A DNA stretch of 64,000 nucleotides from Gordius albopunctatus (lineage: Eukaryota): contig OZ193909.1 in the NCBI GenBank assembly GCA_964276515.1, forward strand, positions 6,324,001 to 6,388,000, in the 5' to 3' direction. Below the pieces are notes generated by a model. That model did not search any database and was not told where the DNA came from. It saw nothing but the letters and a program-made list of their open reading frames with translations. The translations under genes and the position numbers were made by a program. Shown piece after piece: positions 38,165 to 51,798 of the stretch; position 1 is the stretch's first letter, and the number at the start of each line of letters is the position of its first letter.

Positions 38165-40257
38165 TCACCAATAAGGAGCTTGATTGTCATCAATATGAAC
38201 TTGCTGGTTGCTTCTGCTAGGCCCTTCTCTGGGGTCGGATGTCTGTCCTCGACGACTTAAAACGCTCTTGAGCATCCCAACGCCGCTTCCACCTAAGTTG
38301 GCGGTAACAAAGGGTTGAGTAAGTGGTAGCGTAGCGCGTAGGCTTAAACTATAATTTTTGCCGTCGTTGTTGTCCCATTTTTCATAGCTCGCGGGACCAG
38401 ATACCTTGAGACACACAGCAAACTCAACGCGCCTACGCGCTTGAAAATCAGTGTCGAGAGCTCCGGGGATAGGGAGCCGCGGCATTTCCATTTCAAACAT
38501 ATATTGATTGTCAATATCTGCAGCAGCACCGAAACTCGTAATAGCGGCTGGGACGTATTCACATGGCACGTCAACATAGGACCTCCATGCGTCACTCGTA
38601 ACGCGAGCGAAAACGTATTTTTCCACCGGCGCCTGTGTTACATTTTTAACTCGCACGCTCGCAATGAGTTTTGACACGGGTGATGCAGCTTTGACTCGCA
38701 CGCTTTCAAGAGCAATGTTGAGATTATTGAGGCGATCAGAAAATGCTCGATAATCGGAGATTGGTGGCCCAAATTCAGGTGTCCACTCGTAATTTGGTTC
38801 GATTTTGGGTGAGATTGGTGTATTAGCTGTAGTGTTATTTTGAAAGGTTGGGGCTTTGTAGGGATTGGGGAGAGTTGTATTCTGACATTGGTTTGATTGG
38901 CAATATGCGAGAGTTGGGTTTTGTGTTTGAGAAATTTCTAGATTACTAAACATCGGAATGATAGCGTTTGGTGTCCAAATTAAAGGGTTATTAGTGCATT
39001 TGGCGTTAGATGCGTTCAGAGTAATTTTGGGTGTATAAGATTCTTCCGATGAATCGCTCATGATTCTAACATTAATAAGGTTCTTACCACAATCATCTGC
39101 AAATTTTACTTTCTTTTTGTTTCTGGGAAAAATAACGGTATTATAAGGAGCCAAGTCTGAAGTTGCTTGCCCGTACTCCGTCGTTTGTTGTTCTCTCTTT
39201 GACAAAATGGAAGGATAGATTTCAGCCGCGGTTGATATAAGCCTGTCGCGTTTGTCTAAAATGTTTACCCCTTCAGTAGATTTTTCAAACTGATCCAAAA
39301 CATCTTTCCTTGCAGGCTTACCTTCCTCTTTCTCATCACTCGAGTTGATGGGCAGGGATATGTTAATTGTAAAGGTTTTTGCCTTTCTAGAAACGATGAT
39401 AGACTCTACTTCCAAAGTGCAAGACGAAGTTGGCGCTAATAACAAAATATACGGTAAAGCGGGAGGCATTAAACATGCATAGAAAAACTTATTAACAAAG
39501 CGTGATTCAATATCTTACAGCAATATCCTTCATCACAGGTATTATCCATCTGATGATCATACGATTCGCCACTCACCAGTCCAGAGCTAAATAGGTTAAT
39601 GTTGGGCAGCAACGACGGTAAATCTAATGGTTCGTGGGGGACACTTTCTTGAGCATCACAAATTAGCAGGGCTTTAGGTTTGGCCAAGCAAGATTTGAGC
39701 GGTATAACAGCCACGTTGGCAGAACAAGTTAGGGTATTAGTACTGCAATCAACGTCGTTTAAAGACGACGGCCATTCTTCAACCAAAGCGCTGCCTAGAT
39801 TGGGAAAGGGAGAAGAGCCAGAGGCCGCTGGAAGGCTTAACCATATATCGGCATTCTCTTCATTCATAGCATAATATTCGAGGCGCGCTCCCAAGTAAAG
39901 GGATGGAGCGGAGCGGTGAATACCTCCTGCAGCGGTAGCGCACTTGCGACGTCTGACGCTGGAGGGTGAGTTTCGCCGACGCTCTCGGTCATTGGGGCTG
40001 GCTTTTTTTGCCGCTTTGCCGTGACGCTCTTCCTCATTCCCGTTCAAATTTGACGAAGCTGTTGGGGTTGAATTAGTTAAGGACCGACTCCTGCTGACGC
40101 TACAAGATAGTGCTCCTACGCAAGCGGCTGAAAGATCGTTTCCGCTTTTAGTACGACGTCTAGATGAGGATGGGAGGTGGTACACTAAACTTGAACTAGA
40201 AACATCGCTGGCATAGGGAGGTGTAAGTGTAGCACTATTCGTAGCGACCGTTGACAT
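38165..40257 (-). CDS. PPP1R3: Protein phosphatase 1 glycogen-targeting regulatory subunit (PPP1R3/Gbs family, CBM21), about 669 aa
   Basis: The two listed ORFs join through an 83-nt phase-1 intron, 39518-39436 (GTAAGA...TTATTAG), giving ...DEGYC-S-PTSS.... Contains PLKSCL, the RVxF-type motif KKKVKFADDCG, CBM21 motifs (IALES, VRVKN, EKYVFARVTSDAW, EFAVC, WDNNDGKNY) and C-terminal PYW. Paralog-level assignment is not possible. Confidence 0.9.
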
Positions 40258-40342
40258 GACTATGAATATTTAAAATAGGTATTTATAAATAAGCGTCGTA
40301 ATATAATAATTTTAACTTTTGGTTTTATGAAAGGCAAGTAGA

Positions 40343-40513
40343 AATGGGCGTAGCCGCCAGGGGGGGCAGGGAGGGGCGACTGCCCCCCCCCCCTAAATCC
40401 AAAAATTTGTTGAAATTTATTAATATTATGGCTAAAATTTCAAAAAATTATCATTTTGCCCCTCCCTAAATCATTATTGCCCCCCTCTAATTTAAATGCT
40501 GGCTATGCCCATG
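40343..40513. mobile_element. hAT MITE, CATGGGCGTAG family, about 85 bp upstream of the PPP1R3 ATG
   Basis: Near-identical to 11164-11329. TSD not evident. Confidence 0.85.
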
Positions 40514-42971
40514 AGGAGAGGACAGGGAGTTATGACAAAATTTTTAAAATTATCATTTTGCCTCTCCCTAATCATTATACACAATTTTTTTTTAAATCCT
40601 AGCTAAGTCCATAAAAGTACTATGTGATTGTAAGCTTTACTTGGTTTATTATTTTAAAAAAAACTAATACACGCAAAAATATTAGGAACTGTGGAAATTA
40701 ATTTTTTGTCCCATTGCAACATCTAGCATAAAGATCATTTAAAAATAGAAAATGATAATCGTCGCGAATATTTAATCATCACATAAAAAATCGCCATAAC
40801 CATTTGTGAATATAAAAAAAATCACTCGCTATATTCCAATGTTTCCAAATATTTACGACACCGGTTTTTTCTAATCATCGATTTCATTCATTTCATTTTC
40901 ACAAAATATGTATTATATTTCATAATAACATAATTGAATAAATATCAAAATATTTAAGAATGTACCAATGTTTATACAGCAGACACAAAGATGTGGACGC
41001 CAACCGTGGCTCATGTAAATGTCAAAGTTAATAATAAATAAGATTCAGCGTTTGACATTCGAACTCAAGCCAAATAAATCGTTAGAATCAAAATAATAAT
41101 GCATAAACAGACCGAAACTCGGTCTTAATCCGCCTTCTGGCATTACCTATTTGCCTTACCCACATCCTAACAATATTTTAAAGGGAGACACAATATAACT
41201 ATAAAATGATGGTGACGAAGATGCACACTAGTTGTGTAACATTTATATTAACCTGCGTTAAAAATCGATAGGCAAAAAGGCGTTCGATTCTCAATAGTTG
41301 GGAGGGGATGAGGAGATGATTTGGTTATTTTTTAATTTCTATAGCAATCAAGTCAAGATATCGGAATTTATTTGGAATTTCGCCAAGGCACGGATAAAAT
41401 TAGAAACAAAATCGCGGGGATCGAGGGAGGGGGAAACTGATTAGCTTAAATAATAAAATTATAACGCCAAGTTTTCAGACAGACATTTAATTCTCAAATA
41501 ATTCACAAATAAATAGTATATTGGTTTATTTAGTTGCGCTAACCCTAGTCTGAATGCGAAGTTCCGAATGATTTTTAACCAAAATTGTAATTAGGTAACT
41601 TCGGTTGTTGTGAAGAGAAAGGGGGGTGTAAATAAATTTAAATAGGTGCAAAAAAGCTAATGATGATTCAAGATTTACTACGTGACTCGAAGAGATTTGG
41701 AAAGGAGTTAAGGCAGTAGTAGCAGAGTTAAACAACTTTCAACTTTAACGATAGTAAATCAGGAGGAGATGAGAGTTTAGATGTTTAGAAAACCCGGCAA
41801 ACCACAACCGCACACAGAGAATATGCGTGCGAGGCTAGACATGTATAACTCTGATGCTTGTATTGTAATGCAAAGAGTAAAAATGTGAAATAAAACATAA
41901 TAAAGAGGTCAGGCGAAACACATACTCGTTAAGCTGTTTAAAGGATGTTAATAATAGCAGTTACTACTAATTCGACTTATGAAAAGTGTGGCTTACAGAT
42001 ATATCAACTATTTGTTTTAATTACGAAATGTTGTAAATTTTAACCAGTATACTGGGATTAGTACAACTAGGAATTATTGAAATTGAAAGTACTTATTGAA
42101 GAGAATTTATAAACTTAGGATCTTAATATGAAAATACAATTGATAAAAAAATTAAAAGCATCCTGGAAAAATAATAAGGGACTTATATTATTTAAATTCA
42201 GAAATAACTTTGGTTTATCACAATTTTGAATATTTAATGAGCTAAAATTCTTTAAATTAGATTGTGGTATTTACCCGTGCATTTAATTTAAAAGTATGAG
42301 TTCATTTAAAATGAGTTAAAAGTTATAAAATCTTCAACTATCGCAATTATCTAAAGTCTATTATGAAAAATTTGCTAAAATAAACGATAAGAGCTCATTG
42401 ATCATAAGGAGATGGCTAAGTTTGCAATTATGCTTTAATTTTAGGTAAACAAGAGTCTGAAACAATTTTAATGGCTTTACCGTTTAATGCCAAGGCTATA
42501 AACTAATTAAATTAAGCGTTTTTCGAAAAATACAAAACCTCTTTGAGACTCAAAAAGGAACTTCAAAGCACTAACACTTACTTTTAAAATAATGGTCAAC
42601 CTTTTTCAATATACTGACATACATTAAATATAATCGATCAAACTTTAAATCATTATAATCCCTTGTTTTAAGGAATTTAATAATTGGTAATAATGATTCG
42701 TCTCAATATTATAGAATATTTTTTAGTGAAACATTCGCTTAGATTATAACGGCATGCTGCTCTTGGACCTAATGTTTGGGGAGAAGGCATGAATAAAAAC
42801 ACTAAAACTAAAACGCTTCAATTTAAGAGGAATACAATTTAATGAAGTTAAAATAGTTATTAAACATTTAAGGTAATACGTTTTTTATATATGTTCGAAA
42901 AATATATTCACCCACAAAGTTTAGTTTAAAAGATTAAGAAAAAGTTTAATTTTGCATATAAATGGTGGTAT

Positions 42972-43104
42972 CATGGGCGTACCCAGCCCCCCCCCCCCTA
43001 ATTTACGGAAAAAAAAATTTCAATGCAAAAACATTGAAAAATTAAAAAAATGTAAATGTTTTGCCAGTCCCCCCCCCCTAATTCAAAACCTGGGTACGCC
43101 CATG
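42972..43104. mobile_element. hAT MITE, CATGGGCGTA family
   Basis: 15-bp perfect TIR CATGGGCGTACCCAG. Perfect TSD GGTGGTAT. Confidence 0.92.
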
Positions 43105-46100
43105 GGTGGTATAATTGTATTTTAAATACATTTGTATAATAAGATGTATGTTCGGTGATATTTGTTGAACACACGCGTCTTTTAATGCAAATACCATCAC
43201 CATGTTTAAAAATGAGGCTGGGCTAAAGACTCAACCATTACAATAAATCTATGGGGTTCATTCATTCACCATAAATAAAGGTTAATCGATAGATGTAAAA
43301 TAGGGTAAGAGAACTAAGAACTCTGTTTTCGAGTGAGCCTGGAGCTTTTGAAATATTATAATTTTGATGTTAAATAAATTTTAAGCCAAAAAGTATTTAA
43401 AAATAAATTGTAGTTTTACAGCAAATAAAAAATTTAATAAAAACATAAAAAGGGGCTATTAGTTTACTTTGTAAGTATAATAGAATACGTGATGGTAATA
43501 TTTTAGGTTTGAAGGTTATTTTGAGCAAAACGTAAAAAATGGGGTAAAATATCTAGTGATTAAATTAAACATTTATCGACTAACGGCACTGAATTTATAT
43601 AAATATTGATATACTTGTACTGGTGGTGGTTGGATGGGCCTCCAGGATATTACAATTGATGATCAATAAATCAAATATTGATCAATTTTGTTTATCTAAT
43701 CGATATATCGAAATTGAATGAATACTTTCCAAATACTGAAAGTTAAGAAACGATAATAATTATTTATAACAATTATGCCCCGACTAGATTATTAATTTTA
43801 AAAACGCAACAACATATAATGATGAAAAGTAAAAGGCATGGTTAACCCACGTGCGGTTAAATGTATGTGTTCTATCAATGACTTTTTCCATTGGTCGATA
43901 CAAATCGATCGAAGCGTTCTAATTGGTTAATTTTATCAATCAACTCAAGCACGTGTACCTTCACTGGGATGATACGTGTTTAAAGAATCATGCGACATCA
44001 AGTGTTCTTGATGTAAAGACATGAAATTAAAACATACCAGTCTAGCCCCCCGCAATGCCCTCCTTTAAAATATCATTGTTTTAGCTTTTGCCCAAAATTT
44101 ACATGTTTAGTATGATAAAAGTTTATTTGTTAGAAATGCGGAAATTTGACAATTATATGAAATAAATACATAAAACATATAAAACAAAATGCATCAAAAC
44201 CTATTTTTCAAGCTCAAGGGCAGTAACGAGTTTCAAATCTTAAATAAAAGCTCCCTTGAAACAAAGTATAAAATAATTTCGTTATAAATTCCATCCAGAT
44301 GGGAGTACATAGTATTTATCTGCGAAAATAAATCAGCCCCAGAATCCTCTTTGATGCTGTTTTTCGGCAAAAGAAATCTTGCTTTAAGACATGTTACAAG
44401 CAAATTTTATGTTAACTTTAATTGGTTTTTTTACATTTAGCAGCCTTAATTCAATTCCAGGTTGCAACTAAAAATATATTTTCTCCAAATAAAGTTACGT
44501 TGAATTTACTAAAGGAAATATAACAGATTAAAAACTTGCTTAAGCAAGATTTATAGAATGTTGTTTTGTTCGACTAATTTAAATTTAGATGTTAATTGAT
44601 TTCTAAACTAATAATTTTCTATTTTTTTACTAATTGTAATTAAAGAACTTATATAGTAAACAAAACATGTCATCAATATTTTTTAATGTTCTTCACGATA
44701 ACAAAGTTGTCATGATTTAAAGGCCGCTTGATGAATGCTGAACGAGCTATTAACTACGTTTAACCTATATCTCAGCGTGCGCTGTTTAAATAATAATAAT
44801 TTGTTAAGGAAAAGCCCTTAGGGTATTGAAGGGAATTGATTCAAATTTTGTTATAGCCCTGAGCTTATAACATCTACATTTTTGATGGGAAGTGCTGATT
44901 TGGAATACTACCTAATTAATGCAACTTTTGATCGTATTTTTTTTTTAATTTTTAAAGAGCTTTAAATTTTTTTTGCAGTTTTTAAAGGATTCTTATATAT
45001 TAGAAGACACTTTAGGACAAGAGCTTTTGAATCCGTTTCCCGTATCATGTAGCTTTAATCTAAGACATATGGTAGGCATTCTGTTTTCTTATTTTGTGAG
45101 AAAGAGGATCTAACTAGAAATGTTAGCCAGGATTTGAATTAAGATCAGTGTAGTCAAAAGAATTTTATTAAAAATCAACCATTTTGTAATTATAAAAAAA
45201 TGTTTTCAATGGGAGAGCCGCTGACCACACCCTCGCCTAAAAATACCAATAAATTCGAAAAATAGTGAAGTTCATGAGTAGCCTACAAAAATTTTTAATC
45301 ATTCTTTCCCTTGGATGGAAAAACTTATATTTAGGCTGGATTCTTAATCTTTAAAATTATGCGGCATTCGTATCTCCTCTATATAAATATTAAGATACAT
45401 ACCCCTTCAATACATGGGAAAAATTATGATTTCTAATTAAAATGAAACAAATATTGAGCCGTTACTTATGCTTTTAATTTGAATGAAAATATTATGAAAA
45501 TTCGAGGAGTCATTTTATAGAGGGACTGGGATAAGTGTGAACAAAAAAAACGCAAGTCTAAGAATAATAAAGAAATAATTATTTAATAGTGTAACTGGAA
45601 CAATAACAAAAATTTTGAATTAAAGGACAGTTGCCCCCTATCTGTATAATTGTCAATTAGCTTTGAAATATTTTTATAATTATTCATTATCCCATGGCCT
45701 CAAATCGAACCGGTATTAGTATGATTTAAATTAACCTTCATAGCCCATCTCAAATTTTTTAGCTGTCGAGATAAGTTTTTAAGGCATGTGCTAAAGCGAA
45801 ATAACTCTGCTGTTGTTGCAGCATTTTTGCCAAACGCTGTCCGTTAAACTAAAGTGACAACAAACTATGAACTGAAATAATTAAATTTATTAAAGATGAC
45901 CTCGACATAAGGCCATACATCAAAAAGTGTTTATGCTAATTATACGCGTTCAATATATACACTTGGAATTTAATATTATGAAATCTAATTTATCATACTT
46001 CGGCGTAGCGACAAATTCTTTATAAATTGCGTTATATGATTTAGTGTATTTAGTCTTAGGGATTTATTTAAATCTAAAACAGTGTGCGATTTGTGCTGCC

Positions 46101-46229
46101 TTTCAGCTCCCACTACTTAATTCAACCTAAAAAATTTTATAATTACTATAAATGCTAAATTTACTAAAATATTTAAGTATTAAAGAATAACTATATATGT
46201 GTAGTACTCTTCTACTAATTTTCACCAGT

Positions 46230-47735
46230 CAGAAAAAAATTATCATTTCATTAGGGATAAAGTTAAAAGCCTTAGTTGCCACATCGTTCAAACTAAAAGA
46301 ATTATTTTAAGTAATTTGGGGTAAAATAGACCACATGTTCACCACTCCCTTTATTTCTAACAATATTTTTAACATAAATTTCAAGATTTTTTGACGCGAG
46401 AGCTTCAACGCCTAAATTTCCAATTGTGGTTGCCACTACGGGAATGAATATTGTGTCCACGAGGGAAGAATATTTGGCTGTCTTCCTATTCTCCGCACCG
46501 ACTATAAGGTGGGGAGAGGAGTTGGAAGGGGTGAATATGTCGACCGTGGTGAAGTCCCAAGTGAGATTCAGTCCACGGGACCATGGGATGAGTGTAACCC
46601 CGTCTGGTCTTTTTCCATCGGTGGTGCTAAGGCCAACGGGCTCCAAGGTGTTTGGGTAGCCAGCCTTCCTAAGGTACTGGCCGATGATTTCCGTGTGCCT
46701 GGGGTTGCGGCCTTTGTTGTATTTGCAATGGAGGGGATGATGACCATTGAGTTGGACCGGCTGTTAGCAGAGATCGCATACGAAAGGGGATAATATGTCG
46801 CATCCGAGACGGAGGCCTATGGATATGTGTAACTCCTCCCCAGACATATGAAGTTCCAAATTCCCGCTCGGGATAGCTTCGAGCCATTCGTAACCGCTCT
46901 TGGAAGAGGCACAATTAAAAAGGAGTTTTCCCTGAGATAGTTCGTTCGAAGAAAGAAAAGCTATGGAACGTGCTATTAGGGGAAGATCCCATTCCTTTTG
47001 GGTCACACCCGAACTTGTCCGCGTCCCACCTGTGGAGAGCCTCATGGAGTTGCGGGTCTGGGAGGGATGTCATGACAGAGATAAGGAGGTCGGTACTTAT
47101 GCGCGAAGATATAAAACCCGCTAATGCTATCTGTTGCGGAGATCGGATACCAATTCCCCCACTCTTAGAAGGGAGGGATGCCTGGAGCCATTGGACTGGA
47201 GTAAACTTTATATTTAAGCAGGTCTCAAAAAGAGACTGAATGTTTCGTTCGATTAAATTTGATTGCTCTGGGCAGCCAAAGATAGATGAAGCACGCAAGG
47301 CGTGATTTATTTTCGGAATTAGCAGAAAATATTTAACCAAAAAAATGCATGGTGTGGAGTTAGTTTCTGCAGGGTAGTCTTGACAGACTATATGAAAGTT
47401 AAAAATTTGGCCAGAAAGCGTTGGGAAGATATGGGCCCACCCAGTGGTGCGCCTAGGTGGCTGAAATGGTCGAGAGTGAGGACAGGAAAGGGGAGTGTTG
47501 AGGGATCTATTGAAGGATCCCTGCTGTATACTTCACATTTTAAGTGGTTGAGTTTGAGGCCAATTGAATCTTAAAAGGATTCAATTATCGGCGGTATTTT
47601 ACGTATTTCACTCGCGGGGCCCACCAAAAATCCGTCGTCCATGTACCATAGGTTGCAAGAAAAGCTTCATGTGGAAGACAGTTTCTGGATGATCCCCCGT
47701 GTAGCTTGGCAGAAAAACGCTGGGCCTAAGGAGTG
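46230..47735 (-). mobile_element. CRE-like (RLE-bearing) non-LTR retrotransposon, 5'-truncated and frameshifted
   Basis: WYMDDG (RT core, about 47631-47648), HLGAPLG, WLQASLPSKSGGIGIRS, LRLG...CDLC, and RLE motif EPVGLSTTDGKRPDGVTLIPWSRGLNLTWDFTTVD...AENRKTAKY. Confidence 0.88.
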
Positions 47736-47810
47736 TATTATCTTGTCCCCAAACAGTAAAAAGGATGGGGCTCGATAACTATTGAGGGCGTATGTGTAAA
47801 ATTGGGGGTA

Positions 47811-48025
47811 TAAATTGGAAAAGCAATCTCCAGCGTCTCCTTAGATTTGAAAGAGTACTTTTTTATCAGACAAAAGATCACAATGGAAATCGTTAAATCC
47901 AACACGATATCCATATCCATACACGGATCAATGCCATCCGTTTAGTTATAGCGCGTTTTTATATTTTTTTTAGTCGTGTATGTAATTTTTTGTATACCAT
48001 AAATAAAGACTTACTTTAAAAAAAA
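47811..48025 (+). mobile_element. 3' end of another CRE-like element
   Basis: IGKAISSVSLDLKEYFFIRQKITMEIVKSNTIS resembles the CRE RLE C-terminus (F..QR.S.AIQRGNA). AATAAA plus an A-tail. A second copy lies at 4899-5047. Confidence 0.65.
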
Positions 48026-48354
48026 AGAAGATTTTTTGATCATTATTAACTAATCCAATTATTTAATGTTCAACTAAACTTATAAATGACACATATGTTT
48101 AATGCTGAAGTGTTCGTTTTGTTAGGATAATATTAAATATTTCTTATAGCACACACTTCAAAGATAAGCCGAGATTTTACTTAAACTCTTTAAAGGATTA
48201 CGTATGCATTTTAAATCTAATAGCTACTTTCAAAGTCTTCAATATGACCTTGATGCACTTTTGTAAATAATTCTTTAAGTTTAAATTTGTCAATTAAATA
48301 AAAATCTGAAGTTAATCGTTTTACTTCAAATATAAGAAATCAAAAGAAAGAATA

Positions 48355-49912
48355 TAAAACTCAGGCCTTCGGCCCTCGTGGTAAGGGGAAGGGGGGAATG
48401 GGAGTAGGGGAAGGGGGAACTCTTCTATACTCTGTATAAAAGTAGCATATTTGCTATGCAATTTATGGGCGAGAAAGGTGGGAAGGGGGGGGGGCGAGAT
48501 TGCCTATAGGGGGGTATTAAATGCAAAATAATTGGACTGACGGGCATAGGTTAAATATCAATGGTAACCAATTTGAAAAAAACGGAAAAAAAAATTTCGA
48601 ATCACAAAATATCTTCAAGATTTGCCATAGATTCTTGCCAAAGTTTAACGTTCAAAAAATCTTTGTTTATGACATTTTGAACCAAGGGTAGCAATTTAAA
48701 CCTGGGCTTCACGAACGGAACAAATTTTTTGGGAGCTTCATCGCCTTTATCTTTGTTAATAAGTAAAAAAATTCGTCCCTTATTTTTGAAAGACCTCACC
48801 CAAAATGGTGATCTAATTGACTTAATAAATATGCACTATGGAAGAAGGAATAATGAGAAACTTAAAGAATTATTTCTTCATAAGTTTAACGTTTAATTAT
48901 ATAATAAAATGAGAAGGGATTAAATGTTAATATACGCCATAAACATGGCGCCCGGCAATTTGCGACCCGAGGTTATTTTTAAGCATTAATATAGTGAATT
49001 AATATCATTTCTCAAATCTATAATGAAAAATATAATATTAATCAAATGTAACGTTTAAATGTATATATCGCTCGCACCCAGCAAAAAGGCTTGGTTTGGC
49101 GCAAATATTACTTGTATATTTATTAAGCCCTAATCAGGCTTTCAAGCATGTAATGGCTGCAATATATATTTATTTTAACAAACAAAAATATTTGGTCGGA
49201 TTAGTTATGTAACAGATGTTTGTTAAATACGATTGCCGTCCTTGACTCATAAAAAACCCCGAGCCTTGCCGACAGCTTGTATATGGTCAGGCGGGCACCT
49301 CAAGAGTATTCGGACTTAATAGGCTTTTCTTTAATTTTTATTTACTTTATTTTGGCGTAATATTTGTTTTGGCTTTGATATTTAAGGGGAAAAAATATAG
49401 AGAATTTATTTAGTCGCTATTTGTGAATTTACAATAAAAACTAAGCTTAAGCTAGAAGTGCTAAATGAATTTAATCTAAATAGCGCTAAAGGATTATCTT
49501 TCTAGAAGATTCGAAATCTTAAATAAATTTAAATTACAAATTATTTTATTGAAATTAAATTTGTGAATTTAAAATGATGCGCGCTGTATTAATTGTTAAT
49601 GATTAAGTTTGTAGATGGTGCATTGGAAATAAAGAAATGAGTATTTAAAAATTTACAAAGTCATCCTCTCTATACGATTTATCCGTTTCCCTCAGAAAAC
49701 CCATTAAATTCCAAGGTTGAGGAATTAAAGTAAGATTAAGTTATTGGGGAAGGGGGTACTCGAGAGTTTTTTCGATCTATTTTTATTTCAGTGTAGCTAT
49801 TGGGGAAAGCGGGTTCTCGGTCTCGATCCCCAACCTGCAAGTCGGGAAGCTGGTGTAAATAACTTGGTGGACGACGGACAACAAAAAACGAGCCCATAAA
49901 TTGCATAGAAAT
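48355..49912 (-). mobile_element. HINE-like element, long copy
   Basis: Hairpin GGCC-TTC-GGCC at about 48364, subterminal TTGCTATGCAATTTATGGGC at about 48451, inverted terminal GCCCATAAATTGCATAGAAATT at about 49892, preceded by GGACGACGGACA. Confidence 0.6.
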
Positions 49913-50019
49913 TAATTAATTAAGAGTGGTAGCTATCTATTTCTCTCGAAAGGTCTAAATTTAAATTTTTTTACCGAACATTGTTAAATTTATTTGTTCG
50001 TGTCAGTTTTTACGAGCTT

Positions 50020-51794
50020 TTTTGTATAAATTGCTTGACCAGTTTAATAGAAACGTTGTTATGGAAAATTTTTTGGAAGAGTTTCCCCAATATGCAAATT
50101 ATATCCTACAAAGCTACGGCTCACCATCCCTTTTAAATTTTGGCTCCTTTATAATTAAATCTGCTAGGGCCTTCAACAAGGTGATCCCCTTGCGCCACCA
50201 TTATTTTGTTGCGGGATAAAGAAACTTATTAACCTAGTTAAGGAACAATGCGATCTATCATTACATGTATGGTACCTAGATAATGCGACTCTGGCGGGCA
50301 GCTATGATCAGGTCGCCAAAGCCATCACCATCATTAAAGACTATCGTGTACCTTTAAACCGAACGCTCAACGAGGCCAAATGCGAAATTTTACAACCACC
50401 TGCTTGCGAGCAATACTCGATTTTTAAACCTTATTCCACCGTGGCTAAGGAAAATCTTTCCATACTCGGTTCATCCATAGGCGGATCCCCGTGCTTGCAA
50501 GACTTTTTAAATAAACATTTAGCTTTTTGGCCTCAAAAATGAACTTTTAAAATTGTTACCAATACATAACGCTTTTTTATGATACAAAAAACTTTTTAAA
50601 TATTTCCAAGATTCAGCATTGTTTTCGATCAGCTGCTGCTTTTTTACACACAGATATTCTTAAATTATACAAATCCAAAATTAAAAATCTCCTAGAAAAA
50701 ATTCTAAACTTATCTTTTAATGATACTAGCTGGTTACAAGCCACTCTTTCAACTAAATTTGGAGGATTAGGAATAATGCCTCCCTTGACCATTAGCCTAG
50801 TAGCCTTTCTCTCGTCTTACAATTTAGTGAAAGATCTCGTTTTTAAATTGACCACCCATACGGAAGATTTCTTAACGCAAACAGCTTTAACATCATGGCT
50901 TGAAAATGCAATGCCAGGAAACATTATTCCAAATTCAGTCAAACAACGAGATTGGGATGCCAGTATAGTGTCACGCTCCGTCGCTTACCTACTTTCGAGT
51001 TGTGACGCCGTACAGCACTTCAATCTCAGCTAACTAACCACTGACTCTGGTCACGAATGGCTGGAATGCATTCCGAGCAAGTTCTCTCGGCTCTTACTCT
51101 CAAACCCCGAAATTACTTACGCGATCGGATCGCCTTAAGACTGGGGATCCCAATTTGCAAGCAATTGACTTGTATAAATTTCCAGAAACAAATTGATGTT
51201 TGGGCCCATCACCCCTTACATTGTAAACTCAACAAATTTCGTTTCATTCGCCATCAAAAGATCAACCTTTTGATTCAAACCGCTTTACTAAAAGCCGGCT
51301 TCCCTTCCATTCTCGAACCATACGAACCCACTCTTGAGGGTAGAATGCGCCCCGATGGAACATCCACAATTCCATGGGATGATGTTAAGTTCCTATCCTG
51401 GGACTTTACCTGCCTCGACGTATTTGCACCCTCTAACAATAAAGCTGACCCACTAGCTCTAGCGGAAGCACGCAAAACCAATAAATACCATGATATAATT
51501 CCTTCTAAAATTTTATCCCTATCGTGGCTTGCTGTTCCGCTACTTTTGGCAAACAGGCATTAGCCTTTTTTAAATTGATAGGAAAGAGATCTCCCGAAGG
51601 AAAATACTCCGCAAGCTTTCTTTTGCGCCCAAAAATAGGAATTTTAATAGCCAAATACAACTATAGGGCATTTTCCGACACCTGGCCTCTGGCCCTCGAT
51701 GAAGACGAAGAGTAGCCACGCCTTTTATTTATTTATCGATCGTGTTTTATATTTTTATTATATATAGTCTTCATCAAATAAAGATTTAAAAAAA
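50020..51794 (+). mobile_element. CRE-like non-LTR retrotransposon, 5'-truncated and frameshifted
   Basis: QQGDPLAP, WYLDN, LNEAKCE, ILGSSIG, WLQATLSTKFGGLGI, LRLGIPIC...HPLHC...RH, MRPDG..IPW....WDFTC, AEARKTNKY. Ends AATAAA plus an A-tail. Confidence 0.9.
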
Positions 51795-51798
51795 TTTG

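Noticed and set aside
38165..40257. Two separate overlapping genes (262 aa and 434 aa), or a frameshifted pseudogene
   Set aside because: A canonical 83-nt GT-AG intron joins them in the correct phase into one PPP1R3-type CDS.
43840..43980. ChoRE-like sugar-response element upstream of PPP1R3
   Set aside because: Two single CACGTG and two CCAAT-like motifs are present, but no E-box pair with 5-bp spacing, and the TSS is unknown.
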